Assembly (NCBI GenBank): GCA_030248215.1
Contig: JASANG010000266.1
Span: 124,001 to 188,000, forward strand
Direction of reading: 5' to 3'
Source of the DNA: Enoplolaimus lenunculus
Lineage: Eukaryota
DNA length: 64,000 bases
The notes under the pieces are model-generated. The model was not told where the DNA came from, did not search any database, and worked only from the letters and a program-made list of their open reading frames with translations. This document shows, piece after piece, positions 1 through 12,769 of this stretch. A program made the translations under genes and the position numbers. The stretch's first letter is position 1, and the number at the start of each line of letters is the position of its first letter.

Positions 1-841
1 ACTGCGCCACGTAGCCCGCCTCTCCTCTCCAACTGCCTTTTTCGTCGACTATATCTGTCGACCGTACACCACAATATGCACTGCATTTATTGCATATGCA
101 CCAGGACAAGCATGTCTCACATGCTTACATGCCCTTATTTTCAACAAGGTCGTCCCTTGACCGTCCATCCTAGTTTCGACTGGATACCGTGCTCATAGCG
201 CGGCAATTTGCCATTGCGCTCACGGCGTGGCCCCCATGTCAGTCTAGGTAGGAACCAAGTACATCAGACCTTTCTACCAATCAGCTGGAAAAGCGAGCTA
301 GAGCGAGGATCGAACTCTTAGCCTATGGATCCTTAAGCGAACACTCTACCATTGCGCTACGCAGCCCGCCTGTGCAACTGCATTTTTCGTCGACTATATT
401 TGTCGACCGTATGCTGCCAGCTAGCATACATACAGTGCACTGCACTATATTGCATGTGCACCTATCGGACAAGCATGTCTCACATGCTTACATGCCCTTA
501 TTTTCAACAAGGTCGTCCCTTGACCGTCCATCCTATTTTTCGACTGGATACCGTGTTCGTAGCGCGGCAGTTTACCACTGCGTCCACGGAGTAGCCCCCA
601 TGTCAGTCTAGGTAGGAACCGGGACATAAACCTTTCAACTAAGCAGCTGGAAAAGCGGGCTAAAGCGGGGAATGAACTCTTAGCCTATGGATCCTTAAGC
701 GAGCACTCTACCACCGCGCCACGTAGCCCGCCTCTCCTCTCCAACTGCCTTTTTCGTCGACTATATCTGTCGACCGTACACCACAATATGCACTGCATTT
801 ATTGCATATGCACCAGGACAAGCATGTCTCACATGCTTACA
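1..841 (-). repeat. Tandem array of ~350-363 bp monomers (712-bp dimer period), each with an internal tRNA-like segment
   Basis: 1-129 is nearly identical to 713-841; monomers 130-492 and 493-841 are diverged from each other. Minus-strand tRNA-like units at 367-295 (A box TAGCGCAATGG, B box GAGTTCGATCC) and 729-657. Confidence 0.85.
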
Positions 842-1498
842 ACAAGCAAAAGAAACGAAAACAAGGACGAAAAATAAATATAATAAAAGTTACAGAATTT
901 ATGCAAAATAGATACATGTGTGGGCGACTAGCCCGAATTGTATATATGTTCAGTCTTGAAAGAATTTGATAAGATTTGGTGTTGTTTTGAAACACGGAGA
1001 ATTGTATTATTGTGTGCTTTTCGCTATTAGGTGGAAACTACTTGTTGTGTTTGTGATTTTTCGGTTTAGTTCCGAACTCGAAGAAAAACTGGTAAGATTT
1101 TACTGAGTTGAGTACCGTAGAATTGTTTTAAAATAAGAACTGTTATGGGCGGGCTATTTGTACGTACTCCCGAGGCCGGTGTGTTGAGCGCCGGAACCTG
1201 TCCTCGTTAGGTAGTGCGTTCAACGGACATACCGGGGCTCGGTCATTACTCAAGCCGCTCGGAACGCATATAAATGTTTACTGACATAGAAACTGTACAC
1301 TAAAAACGTAAGCTTAGATCGAATTGAATCAAAGCATCAGTAAACACCGTATAACATTGTATACTGTATAATTATATATGTGCCTTTGGTAAAAACGTTC
1401 TTCAGTAAATTCTTAAAACCGGCCGTGCCGTTGTGTGAAGGGCGAATACGCTATCGTGATAGATCCCGAACTTGGCCTTTTACATGAAAATCCGACAA

Positions 1499-1580
1499 GG
1501 CGGGCTCTGTTGCGCAGTGGTAGAGAGTTCAGTTTTGTATCCATAGGGTAGAGAGTTCGAACTGTAGGGTCTGGACTGGT
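1499..1580 (+). repeat. tRNA-derived fragment related to the unit in the 1-841 array
   Basis: GGCGGGCTCTGTTGCGCAGTGGTAGAG...ATCCATAGG...GAGTTCGAAC matches the array's tRNA-like unit; stems do not pair as in a real tRNA. Confidence 0.6.
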
Positions 1581-1932
1581 GGAAAATAGCAATTTTTACC
1601 AAGTGGAGTATTATCTGGTTTCGGATCTATTCTGAAATATGGATTGCGAAGATTTTAGGATGTTCACTAACTGTCTAGGCGAGCTTTAAACACTTAGTTC
1701 AGCTTGTTTTAATTGCGAAGAATCCAAATACGGTGCAAAATAATACAACTGTAAGCATGTGAGACCAGGTTTGTAGCCAGCTCACCTTGCAATGTAAGGG
1801 GGCTAAAAATATTCAGGAGGAGCATACAGTGGTTTTTGTTGACTAATAAACAAGGCAAATATTCTTGGTTGAGCAAAATTTTTCCAGGGGGGTTAGCCCC
1901 CCTTTGGCTACGGGACCGTTTGAGATTTGCAT

Positions 1933-2218
1933 TGTGACATGCGTATGTAAGATGATAAAACAAAACCTCGCGCTGATGCTGCACATCTGTTAAAACACTG
2001 ACGCATATGTAGTGCCTTTATACGCAGTAGCAGTAAAACATGGATGAACCAAGATACATGAGTATACTGTTGAGGTCCTTATAAGGCATAAAAATAAAAA
2101 ACCAGAAAGCGCAGCTGCTGAGTGTGAGGCGGCGTGGCTCAGTGGTTGCGCGCTACACTGAGAATCTGTCGGTCGCGGGATCGAAACCTCGTAAGAACGC
2201 CACTCACTTTCAGCTGCA
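1933..2218 (+). mobile_element. Partial copy of the TGT...ACA fold-back element with tRNA-like core
   Basis: One ~195-bp arm starting TGTGACATGCG, homologous to the arms at 29553-29998, then A box TGGCTCAGTGG, B-like box GGATCGAAACC and a stub of the second arm. Confidence 0.75.
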
Positions 2219-2749
2219 ACAAGAACACAGAACTACTTGATATCTGGCAAAAATCGATATCCGGTATAAATGGACCGGATACCGGATATTTATGGGTGTG
2301 GTCCGAATTTTGTAAAACTACTTTTGACGAAAACGTATTTAACATCTTGCTGCGATTACCTTTCTGGGCAAGTAAAGCTGTTACGCTTTTCGCTAACCGA
2401 AATAGAATGAAAAATCCAAGCTAGCTATTAATTTCAATTCAGTAAACCTATTCTTTTGTGCTATTCAATTACGTACTTTCAACACTGCTCATATTTACAT
2501 GTTATATTCAGATAATATCCGGTTCCAGTAAAAAATTCAATGTCCTCTATCCGGTAAACTAATTTCCTGTCTTACTCTGCTTGAGACACGACGGAATCCA
2601 GATGTAACTTCTAAGCTGGCGGTCACAATAAGTGCAGCAGTTTGTTTTAGGTATATAAAGTTTGTTTTTTAAATTATCGCTGATGCTTGGCTCTTGCTTG
2701 GTTTCTTTAAATAAATTCGAATTTTATCGTCATTCTTATTTTTATAAGG

Positions 2750-5700
2750 ATGAGTAAAATAACGGTAATATGTCCAAACAAACATCGTGTCACCGTACCG
2801 GTTGGGTCGCAAACCAAAATGTATCAGGTAAGCACCAAGCAGAGGTGATTCCATTTGCATTTTGCTTTGTAGCCTAGAGGGACAAAATAACATCCACCTT
2901 GACTAAACTGCTGCTATGGGGTTACAAAATTTTCTAGTTTTTGTAAACGATTGCATTTGTAGCCATATCTCTTGTTTTCACCAACCGCTTAAAATTTTTA
3001 TTTTTCCGCAACCAAACACTTATTGCGGACGACTGTACAAGTCAAATGCTTATATGCAGTTGTAGTTCGCAATAATTTTGCTTGGAAGGTCACAGATTTG
3101 TACGAAAGTCAGCAGTTGCTAACTGATTCTTACCTTGCGAGCCTTTGTTACCGTCGTCGTAACATGTTTGGCGTAGCAGTACACAATATATACCAACATT
3201 GTGTGCGATATTCGTTAACGTAACAAAGAAAATTTAACTAAACTGGGTTTAATATGTGGCAATTTCGAAATTGAACAGTCGTTCACCCCAATGGTTGTAA
3301 AGCTGTTCCTGGCCAGAATAAATTATTGTAAATAGTACTTGTGTGTTGCATTGCTCTGTGTTGTTCTCGTAAATGAACTATAGCGAAAATCTCTCATGAA
3401 TTGCTGGTGTTCGGTGACGTATGTATAGTTCACTTCACATATTGTTGACAGACATCGCTTCTCATCAGCAAATGGTAAATATAGCTGTATTATATATTGA
3501 GTTGCAGGTTTTGAATGAAGCGTGCAGAAAAAAAGGATTTAATACAGATTTATACGGTTTGAAGTAAGTGGATTCTATGGTTGTTTCTATGCGTTAATTG
3601 TATGCTTATAAGGCGCGTACGGCGTACACAGGATCAAATTGGTGTTGGTCCTTGTTTTTTAAATTTTCCTAAAACCAATATTTCAAAATTGTACTGTTGT
3701 TTAGATTTTCGCAAAATATGCCATAATTTCAGTTTTAGTGCTGGCTCTAGCGCAACTGGCAATGTGTCGACACCGATTTTTACAAAATTGGCCTGACTTT
3801 GAAAATTGTTTCAACCAACAAAATTTATTGTTATGTTTCTTTTAATGTTGTGATTGTTAAGTTTTGCTTTGTGTTCGCATATCAGTGTACTGAATAATAA
3901 AATGCATAAAAATTGTTTAATTTAGAGATCAAAGAGGACGTAATGTTAATCTGTCGCTCACATTCAAATTGTCAGGTTTGCCGAATAATTGCACTCTTGA
4001 AGTACATGAAAACGATGTTCAGTCACATGATGAAGTAAGATTACGTAGATATTTCCTTTTCTTGCGGATACGAATATACAATTTCATAAAAAATTTCAAT
4101 TCATCAAATATATATTATGATATGTATATGTACCGTTATGGAAGAACCCATTTTTAGATAACAATAAGTAAAATATAAGTAAATTTACAAAATAATTAGG
4201 GAACCAAAAGCTAATATGGCAAAATTTGTATTAACTCTCAACATCGGTCAGGTAAGGCAATGGATTTAACAAGAACTGTATACCCGGTACAAAGCAGGTG
4301 CATTTGCAAGTATTTTAGCTGACAATTGCCGTTCAGTTAGAAGATGGTCAAAGATTTATTATGAAGTTTAATCATACAAACACCTTGTGGGAAGTTTTGT
4401 CGAAAATAGAATCTGAAAAGTAATGGTGTATTTATGTTATGTGCCAAAAACTTAATAAAAAATTTTCGCGTGCAAGCGCAAGTCGTCATAACTGTGATGT
4501 ATTTTTCTGTAGTGCGGTTTTGCAGTCCGAGTCAGGGTAATGTTTTTATGTGTTATCCGCTCCACAGGTGGTGTTTCCAATTTCGATACCTTTGCTTCCC
4601 ATATTATTTAAGAGAATCTATATTGAATTCCAAAAGTAAAGCTTGTGTTCTAAGGAGCGGTTAACGTTCTAACCTAATTTAGTGAACAGCAAAGTGCTTT
4701 GCTGAATAGAATAAAACATAACAATCGCGCAACACAGTAGATATTAGTTTAATTTATGATTTTTTATGATAGTGTGGCATATATATGTACTTTCCTAATA
4801 CTTGAAAATTAATCAGTGTTTTATTCTGTTTTAGTGAATTGTCATTGACTACTGCAATGGAACCGTACCGTGTGCCTGTGGTCCAGTATTTGAATGATTC
4901 GGTGAGGTTTGGATGTTTTCCTGCCTTAATTCTTAAAAAAGTATTTTTGCATATTAAATAAATTGTGCCCGTTGCCGATTTTGTATGCCATAAAACATAC
5001 TTATCTTCAACTTCTGATGTTAGTTTTGGCGTCAGGCGTATGTGTTAAAACGTTTAAGTTCTTTAGGTTTTTCTAAAATTTTGTACTTCCTCGATGTTTG
5101 ATATGGCTCACTTGTATTGGCGCTAAATGAAACGTTTGTAGAAATGGTGTATTTTGCATTTGTTTTTCGTGCTTGGTATCTGTTTAGCTTTGCTTAGTTG
5201 CAGTGTGCACGGAATAACGGAACCGGAAGAGGAAGGTGAAAAAATACCGTAACCGGAATTGCGGTGGCACCCTGCTTTAGTTCGGATATCAAATTACTTT
5301 TTTGCTCTGCTCAAATGATTTAAACATATTGGTTTTAGGAGATTCGTTTTGAAAACTTTGTGGTAAAAGTATATATTTCAATGCGCTTTTTCTTCGTTTA
5401 CGATAGTGTGTGTAGTAGTTGTTTTGGTTGCTAACTTATAAGCTGATTTACAGGTAACTGGTGAAAAGGCTTTGAAACATGAAACTTTACGTAGTATGGG
5501 CCTTTCAGACAAAGCATTGCTCAGGTATATAATGCAACATACTGCGGTGTATACATACGATTGATATAATATTAGGACCTAATGTTGGAAGATTTACGAA
5601 TATTTATTTAATTTGCTGTATTAATAAGGCTGTTGGGTGTATAATAAACTTAGTGTAGTGTAAAATTGTTTACTTTGTCAAAGATTTATCACTGTTTGTT

Positions 5701-8700
5701 TCAAAAGAGTAAGTTTTCTTATACACAACACTGAGTTGAGTGTTGTTCTGCCAGAGCATCACTTAAAGTTTCCTGTGACTGAATAAAACTTCAAGTAGCT
5801 AGTTGTCAACCAAAGGGACAAAACAGAATACTTTGTGTTGGTTTGCTTTTCGTATGAATTTGATAACAAATAGCATGAGACATTGAGTATTTGGTAACCA
5901 TGAAATATTTGTTAGATGGCTCACTACTTTCATCAGCTATCATTAATTTTTTGCAGATACCATACAGCTACTTTATCAGAATCTGAAATTAAGGAATTAA
6001 ACTGCAAAACTGAAGTCCTGATTGAGAAAGATACAAAATTAAACGTAAGTTAAACTAACATCTTTGGTTGAGGTTGCTGGTTTAAAGATCTGTTGATTGG
6101 TTCTGTAAAACCTTGATAGCGGTTAAAATGCAACTTGAGCGATACAATTTTAGCCAGAAAGCAAGTTTGATTATGATGATTTTAATATGCTTCAACTGTC
6201 GGAGTACGATTGAAAACTGTAATATCATGCTAATTAAGTCTTTTGGAGCAAATTTTCACTGTAAATGGATTTATGACAGAAGCTATACGATCTGTGACTT
6301 TTCACATATTGGATTTATAATTGTAAATTTTTTGACAGCAAGTTTTCGAACGGAAACGTGAACAGTTGCTCAAAGAAGAGGCAGAGGCTGAAAGACTAAA
6401 ACATGTCGCGTCTATTTCAAACAAATCTCATTGTGCAGCGCCACCTGACGTAGAGATGGTGGATGACAGCCGAGAGGGTCTTAAACAGTCGGACAGAACT
6501 GAGGTTAGTACACAGTGTTTCTTTTTCCATGTCATAATGGTATTTTGGTACATTTGCGGAAACGATTCGTGTACATACTAGTATAAACATGGTAGTAACA
6601 TGTTGGATGATATAGCACACACTTAGATCATAATCTCTTGGTATTATCTAGATCACATATATTGAAAAATTACTGAAAATGGAACCGTAACTTGAAACTG
6701 AAAAGCCGTTGTAGCTAGGACTGTAATGTTTAAAATTAATAGAAAATTTTTTATTGAATTTGTGTTTTGGAAAACCAGATTCGATCCCAAATTGTGTATT
6801 TTTGATAGCCGTAAAACAAATTATAACTTTCGGTACATCCTGCTATACGGTATTTTTCAGATAAAGTTTTGTAACATGCTACCTTTCACTGGTATACTTA
6901 AGCCGTTTGGGAAATTTCTCGGTTCTGACAACAGAATTGTCCTGTAAATCCAGATTTTTTGCACGAATTGAAATCAGGCTGACCACCTGTATGGCATCAA
7001 CAAAAGCTTATTTTAAGAACGGTTCGTTTTTTATGCGGTAAAAATGTGATTAAAAATAGTAAGAAGCCCAATGCTAAAAATGAACAATAATGGAGACAAA
7101 GTCAATCTTAGAGTCGCGCATTGCTGGCAGCGCGACACCGCACAACGCCGCGCGGCATGCAAAAATTACTTTTATAAAACACACGCTTCCGCGCAGTGAA
7201 CCTAAAGTTTAGTTTTATTTAGTGCCGCACGGAGGTGTACGGCGGCGGCGCATAAATGTACAGCGCAACACTAATTATACAGTTGTCAGTTTAGATAATC
7301 GCCTTAGTAACGCCTAAGACTGTTCTACCTTTGTTAAGCCACACTTTAGCGTATCCCAAGTATACGTGTTTTGCAGTTATGCATTTCTTTTGTTAAGGTA
7401 GTTGATGCCCAGTCTTGTACAGTCGCAACTCCGGAATGTAGCAGCAGACTGACACATCTCGAACAAATGCTTGCCGTTGTTGATGATAGCATTGAACACG
7501 GGGGAAACCTTCCATTTGCTGATGTAAATAAAATGGCGCAAGCTCTAAAACAAAGTATCGTGGGGTCATTGGAGCCAGAGTTTGCTAATTTTAAGGTATG
7601 CTTTCTTGTTATGCTAATATTGTTAGGATATTTTTGCTTAAATTTAAATTTTGAGGTTTATTATCCAGTGTTGACTACTTCAACAGCGCTTAGTTTGGTG
7701 GCGTGGAGTACATTCATTATATAGTCAATGAGTTTAGTTTATGACGAAATTGCAAAAACATTTCATTAAATTATACTGTTATTAATTCTGCTTTTAAACC
7801 AACGGTTTGGCGTTGATTTGATTTTATGTCGACGCTCTATATAAGGCGAAGTAAGGTTGGCGTCAAAAATAGTTTTTTATTTCAGTTTCCGGAAGAAACG
7901 AAAGGTGTTGACCTGAAAGCATTAGAAGCCGAAAGGTAAAACCTACGTATATAAGCTTGTATATGCAAAACAAAGTTGGTGAATATCTATGTAAAGTCAC
8001 ACTTTGAGATCTTTGTCTCAATTTTTTTGTGTCTATCTAACGTAGAAACAATATTTTATGGTTATGTGATTTAAAAAATTTAATATATATTTATCATTTT
8101 TAATATCGTGTTTGTTTTTAGTTTTTCATTGACTAAAGTCTTAGTTGTATTCATATTTCAATGAAACATTTTGCTGCCTTTAGTTCGGGATTTCGAAATG
8201 GTGTGACAGAGGATGCATGTGATCGCCAAACCATACTGTATAACAAAGATAGCGAAGGTGTGTCGAATTGTGTGCCCTATGAATTTTACACTACTGAGCG
8301 AATTTTGACGTCGAGTAATTGCTGAGAGCGTTTCGATTTTAAAGTTTGTATTTTTTGACAAGTAGTTTTAACATTCTTTTTTGAAAAACACTTCCGAGTA
8401 CTACAGTTTTGGTCAAAATTACAGGCGTCCGCAGATATAAGCAGCATCAGAACTAATCTTAAATATATCTTATATGAAATTATACTGTAAGATGGTTTAA
8501 TAGTAATGGTAATATTTTGTTTACAGAAAAGAGGGCTACGGCCGATGAAAGTGATCAATTTTTTGAACACACTGCCATGGATATTCAACTAATGCGCCAG
8601 CGATTGTCTGAAGAAACGTATGTGGTTTTAGAAAGTGTGCTGATTTTATTTAATGCTGCACACTAGTAAACCGGAATTAAAAGGATTATTCCTAGTATTA

Positions 8701-10576
8701 ATTCAGTTTTATTTAGTGATATCACATTTGTACCTTTTTGTCTATCGCCACTTGCCAGCATACAGTGTTCTCCTAAGTTTAGTAGAGTAGCTAGGTTTCG
8801 TCGCTGATCTCTCATTAATGTTTATAGAACACCTCGCACTATTATTTTTAGTTTGAATTAAGTGTAATTGCTTTAAGTGATAAATTGTATACGGCATTGT
8901 ATGAGCTTTATTAATTTGTAGTCAGTCGTTATCAAATCGCAGCTTAGTATCGGACGTTTATATTCGCGCGCAGAATACAGCTCGTCGCGCTGCGGCTTTT
9001 GTATTCACTGTTATTCGAATTTTATTGCCAAATGAAACGGTACTACAAGGCTGTTTTCGCAGTTGTGAGCTTGGTGAGTTTTACATCGGAATTATTTTAC
9101 GGCAAATTCAGACCTATGTTGTATCCAAAGTTTAATTTTGCTGGAAGGAGTTAGTACTGATTTTAATGTTTGCTGAACCGAATAAATTTTCCACGTTGCC
9201 TAATTGAATTTAGTGGTATGGTTAGTTTATGTTTTGCTGTTCTGCTTGCATGTATTTCCATCGTGCTTATTGCAGATAATTACATACAGTATTTTTACTG
9301 TAAATGGTGAATGACATTTTTTCAGCAAACCAAGTTATTTCCTGGGTGGCAGATCATGTTGGCAAAGATGTCTCTTTTGATTTAGGTAATTTAGTGTTTG
9401 ACTAGAAATGTTATACGAAAGCATTATACTACATTTGAGTTAAAGTTTTCTCGAGCAGGGTTAATTTACAAGGTATTGCAAAAATGTGCTGCTGTTTTAT
9501 AACGCTCGTGCTTGGTGTACAGTATTGTGGAAGAATTGAAATTTCTTTGCTACGCATGCCTAATAGTATTCTTTCGAGTTTTTGCTAATGTTACAGTATT
9601 GTTGCCGTCAACGCCTATTACTCCAAACGAAACTTTGTTAGAGAACTCCTTAGCACCCTCAGCAACGCTGATTTTGCGCAGAAGAGATGTACATGGAACC
9701 GGATCAGGTAATCCGTGTTTTCAAATAGTTATATATTAATATTATGTTAGGTTTTTTGTTCCGAAACAGTTTTAAGATTTGTGTTGACTTCAAACATTTT
9801 GATTGACTTCCATTTGAAAAGAATAATGTCTCTTATGTTACCGGTATTACTGTTAAAACAACTTTGTTACTGTAGAATTCGTAAACGCGATGCAGTTGTC
9901 AACGTATTCTGAAGCGAATCAAATTGCTAAACAATGGTAAGTACTTTGTTAGTTTTGAATTTATTTGCAGCTGAAAGTTGTCCCGCAGTACCACGATGTA
10001 CGCTCAGTGCCGCTTAGGTAAACTAGAATTATCTACAAGCTGTAATGTATTCGTTTTCGTTCCCAGTATAAATCGGTTTCCGATACAAAACTTTGAAAAT
10101 TCCGTTATTTGTATGCTCAAAATTTATAAATCACGTATAAATTGCGAACTTATTCATTACAGATATACAGCAATTTTGTTTAAAATGAAACAAAAAAGAC
10201 GAAAGTCATCCAAAATTTTAAAAAATCGGGTGCATGCATGCCTTAATTGTATTGGCAAAAAATTAACATCTTTGAAATTTTTATACTTCGATATCCGTTC
10301 TCCGTTTTCATTATTTTAATCACTATCCGTTTCCATTATTTTAATATCGTTTACACCCGGAAACTAAACGTTTATTTCAGTTTAATCGTGTGTACGTATA
10401 TTTCATTTAGCCTTTCACAAAACAAACCATTTGTACCGTACACTGGCAGCATATGTAATACAAGTTCGAACTGTCAATTAAGCAGTCAGTTAGATGTGCC
10501 TGGAAGAAATAACGTCATTGCTACCACAAAAGCTGTTGGATCACCGCCTCCAAAATGGATAAAACTTGGTAATTAA
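2750..10576 (+). CDS. ASPSCR1: Tether containing UBX domain for GLUT4 (TUG/ASPL/UBXD9) homolog, 17 coding exons
   Basis: GT-AG exons in consistent phase: 2750-2827, 3508-3563, 3926-4034, 4319-4419, 4835-4901, 5454-5524, 5957-6044, 6339-6503, 7398-7595, 7886-7935, 8184-8256, 8527-8617, 8922-9073, 9326-9385, 9597-9707, 9876-9936, 10411-10576. Translation gives TUG-like UBL1 (MSKITVICPNKHRVTV...VLNEACRKKGF...LSGLPNNCTLE), UBL2 (IAVQLEDGQR...TLWEVL...TLRSMGL), DQFFEHTAMD, UBX (TVIRILLPNETVLQGCFRSCE) and C-terminal PKWIKLG. Confidence 0.9.
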
Positions 10577-11248
10577 TTTTGTTAATTTACACTTTTTTCT
10601 AAAAAAACGATGTGTTGTAAGCTAACCGTCTTTTTATGAAATGGTAGATTGAGCATACTTGGCTTCAGCATCAGCTTGTCGTTTTGTCGAAAAATTAATC
10701 GTGTGTATCTAATGAGCAATATTATTCTCACAACGTGCCAAGTTGAGAATGCAGCAATTATGTCATATTAGTTTCAGTTTGCTTTGTACAAATGTCCTTG
10801 ATGTACAATACACCGCAAAAACTTAATTCTCTTTTCAGATTTAATCAGTTGTATGTAATTCAAGCTTTGTGAATTCCCAAAATTTAACGATGCCTGTTTC
10901 CAAAAACTATTAATACAAAAATCAGGCATCCAGCAAGTTTTTTCAAATGCGAAAAAATGTGCGCAGCTCTAAATTACACATTGTATGGTGTCTATCCACG
11001 TCCATTGTTACGTCGTTGTATCCAAACACAATTTTATCGTAATTGCTCCAGCCTAAATGTGCAGGATTTGCGTATATATTTTCCGTTGTTGGCGAAGTAC
11101 AAAAACCATACTATTGCTTGTTTGTAAATATTTAGCGAAACCATGAACAGCAGTTAACGATAAATTTGCTTCTCAGAAAAATTCTGGTACATGCGAACCG
11201 TCAATTGCTGGAGTTGTAAAATGATTTTCACCGTTATTAAAAATTATT

Positions 11249-11417
11249 GGTCAATCTATAGATCAGGGCCACAACAGTAGTTTGGGAATTTTCGTTAGTC
11301 TTAGCATAAGGATAAGCCTATATCCAAGCCTAAGCAAAAGAATTAGTCCAAAACGCAAGCGTACTCCATAGCAGTCCCACTTAAAACGATCTGCCCCAGA
11401 TCTACTATACATGGGCC
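11249..11417 (-). mobile_element. Older copy of the GGCC/TTAGGC MITE, reverse orientation
   Basis: TSD AAATTATT both sides; termini GGTC...GGCC; GCCTAA-like remnants. Confidence 0.7.
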
Positions 11418-12769
11418 AAATTATTTATTTTTTCTCAAAATGACTTTGTGTTGGTCTTGATATTTTGTAATTACCAGTTTACTGGTGAGGGATTGAGTCT
11501 AACCGCGATTGAAAATAAACCTTGGCAATGAAAGTTTGTATAATTTTGATGCCCGGTGATCAGGAAATGGTGTGTTTAAAGCGTTAAAAGGGATAAAATA
11601 GCGTTAAAATAAATTTTTCGGTAATAAGTATTTTTTTATTTTTGGTTCCGGTTTCCGTACTTTTTAACTTTTCGGTTCTGGTGTTTTATAATTCCGGTTG
11701 CTCCCTGCCATTGACTGATTTTAATTTCGTTAAATTTTGACATAAATTCTAGAAAATTTAGCGTTTTTTAAGTAATATGTTTCAAAGTTCTTATAACCTG
11801 AGAACTTCACTGTGGAAATACATTGGCAAAAGATGAAGACCGTTATTTTGTCGGTTGCCGCATACTTCATGGGGATCAGGGTGCAACTGGAGGTGAAAAT
11901 ACCGGAGCCGGAGGTTAACAAAACTTTCCGGAGCCGGAGGTGAGACGAAATTAGATAGTTATAATGATGTTTAATTTATTGTCAATTTGAACAAATCTGC
12001 ACTGAGTTGTTTGCCAAAAGTTAAAACAAAGCGCGGCAAACAGATAAATAAATTTTGTAAAAACAATGCAAAATTTCACTACCGAAATTGCCTGAACCTC
12101 CAGCATAAATTTTGCCGGAGCCTCAGGTCGATTTTTTGCCGGAACCGGAGTCAGACCTCCGGTTGTACCCTGGTGGGGATATATTTTGCATATTTTTATT
12201 TCTATGAAGTGTTCACCGTGCAATATGCGTATGTATCTAGTAAAATATATGTGTATAGTTGAGGAGTCGAAACAGTGGTTATTAGTGTTCAATTTACTAC
12301 AAAAATTTTAGTTTTCGTTTTTGATCACTATACCTTGCCGTCTATTTTTACTATGCTGTTTTATGCTTCTGGAGAAAAATAATTTGTCTGACTGGAAAAA
12401 AGGTGCATATTGAAGTTTTTCAAATGTTATGCCACAATTCGCCTTGCTAAAGTATGCTAAGTCAATTAATGCATCATCTAATAGCTCCATTAAAACAAGA
12501 GCTTCTGAGGCCCATGTTATTTTGGGGTGTTGCAACACCTCATGACCCATCATTTCAAACGAGGCTGAGCAAGATAAGTGTTCCAATAATGAATTGCTCA
12601 GTGTAGGGGTTTGGAGGCGACAGCCCCTCATCCTGCTTAGCAGGGCGCAACAATGCTAAAACTCTACGTGACTTCGCAATCATTGCTAATTCAATTTCCA
12701 TACGATATCCAGTGCAAAAATAGAAAACTTCGCGTATAAATGCAATATATAGCCGAACAGTTATTTTCT

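Noticed and set aside
352..627. ORFs in the tandem array, and at 29470-29963
   Set aside because: They lie within non-coding repeats and show no recognisable protein motifs.
295..729. tRNA-like units as genuine tRNA genes (also 2130-2203, 29745-29812, 34978-35050)
   Set aside because: Anticodon and acceptor stems pair poorly and the units sit inside repeats; treated as tRNA-derived.
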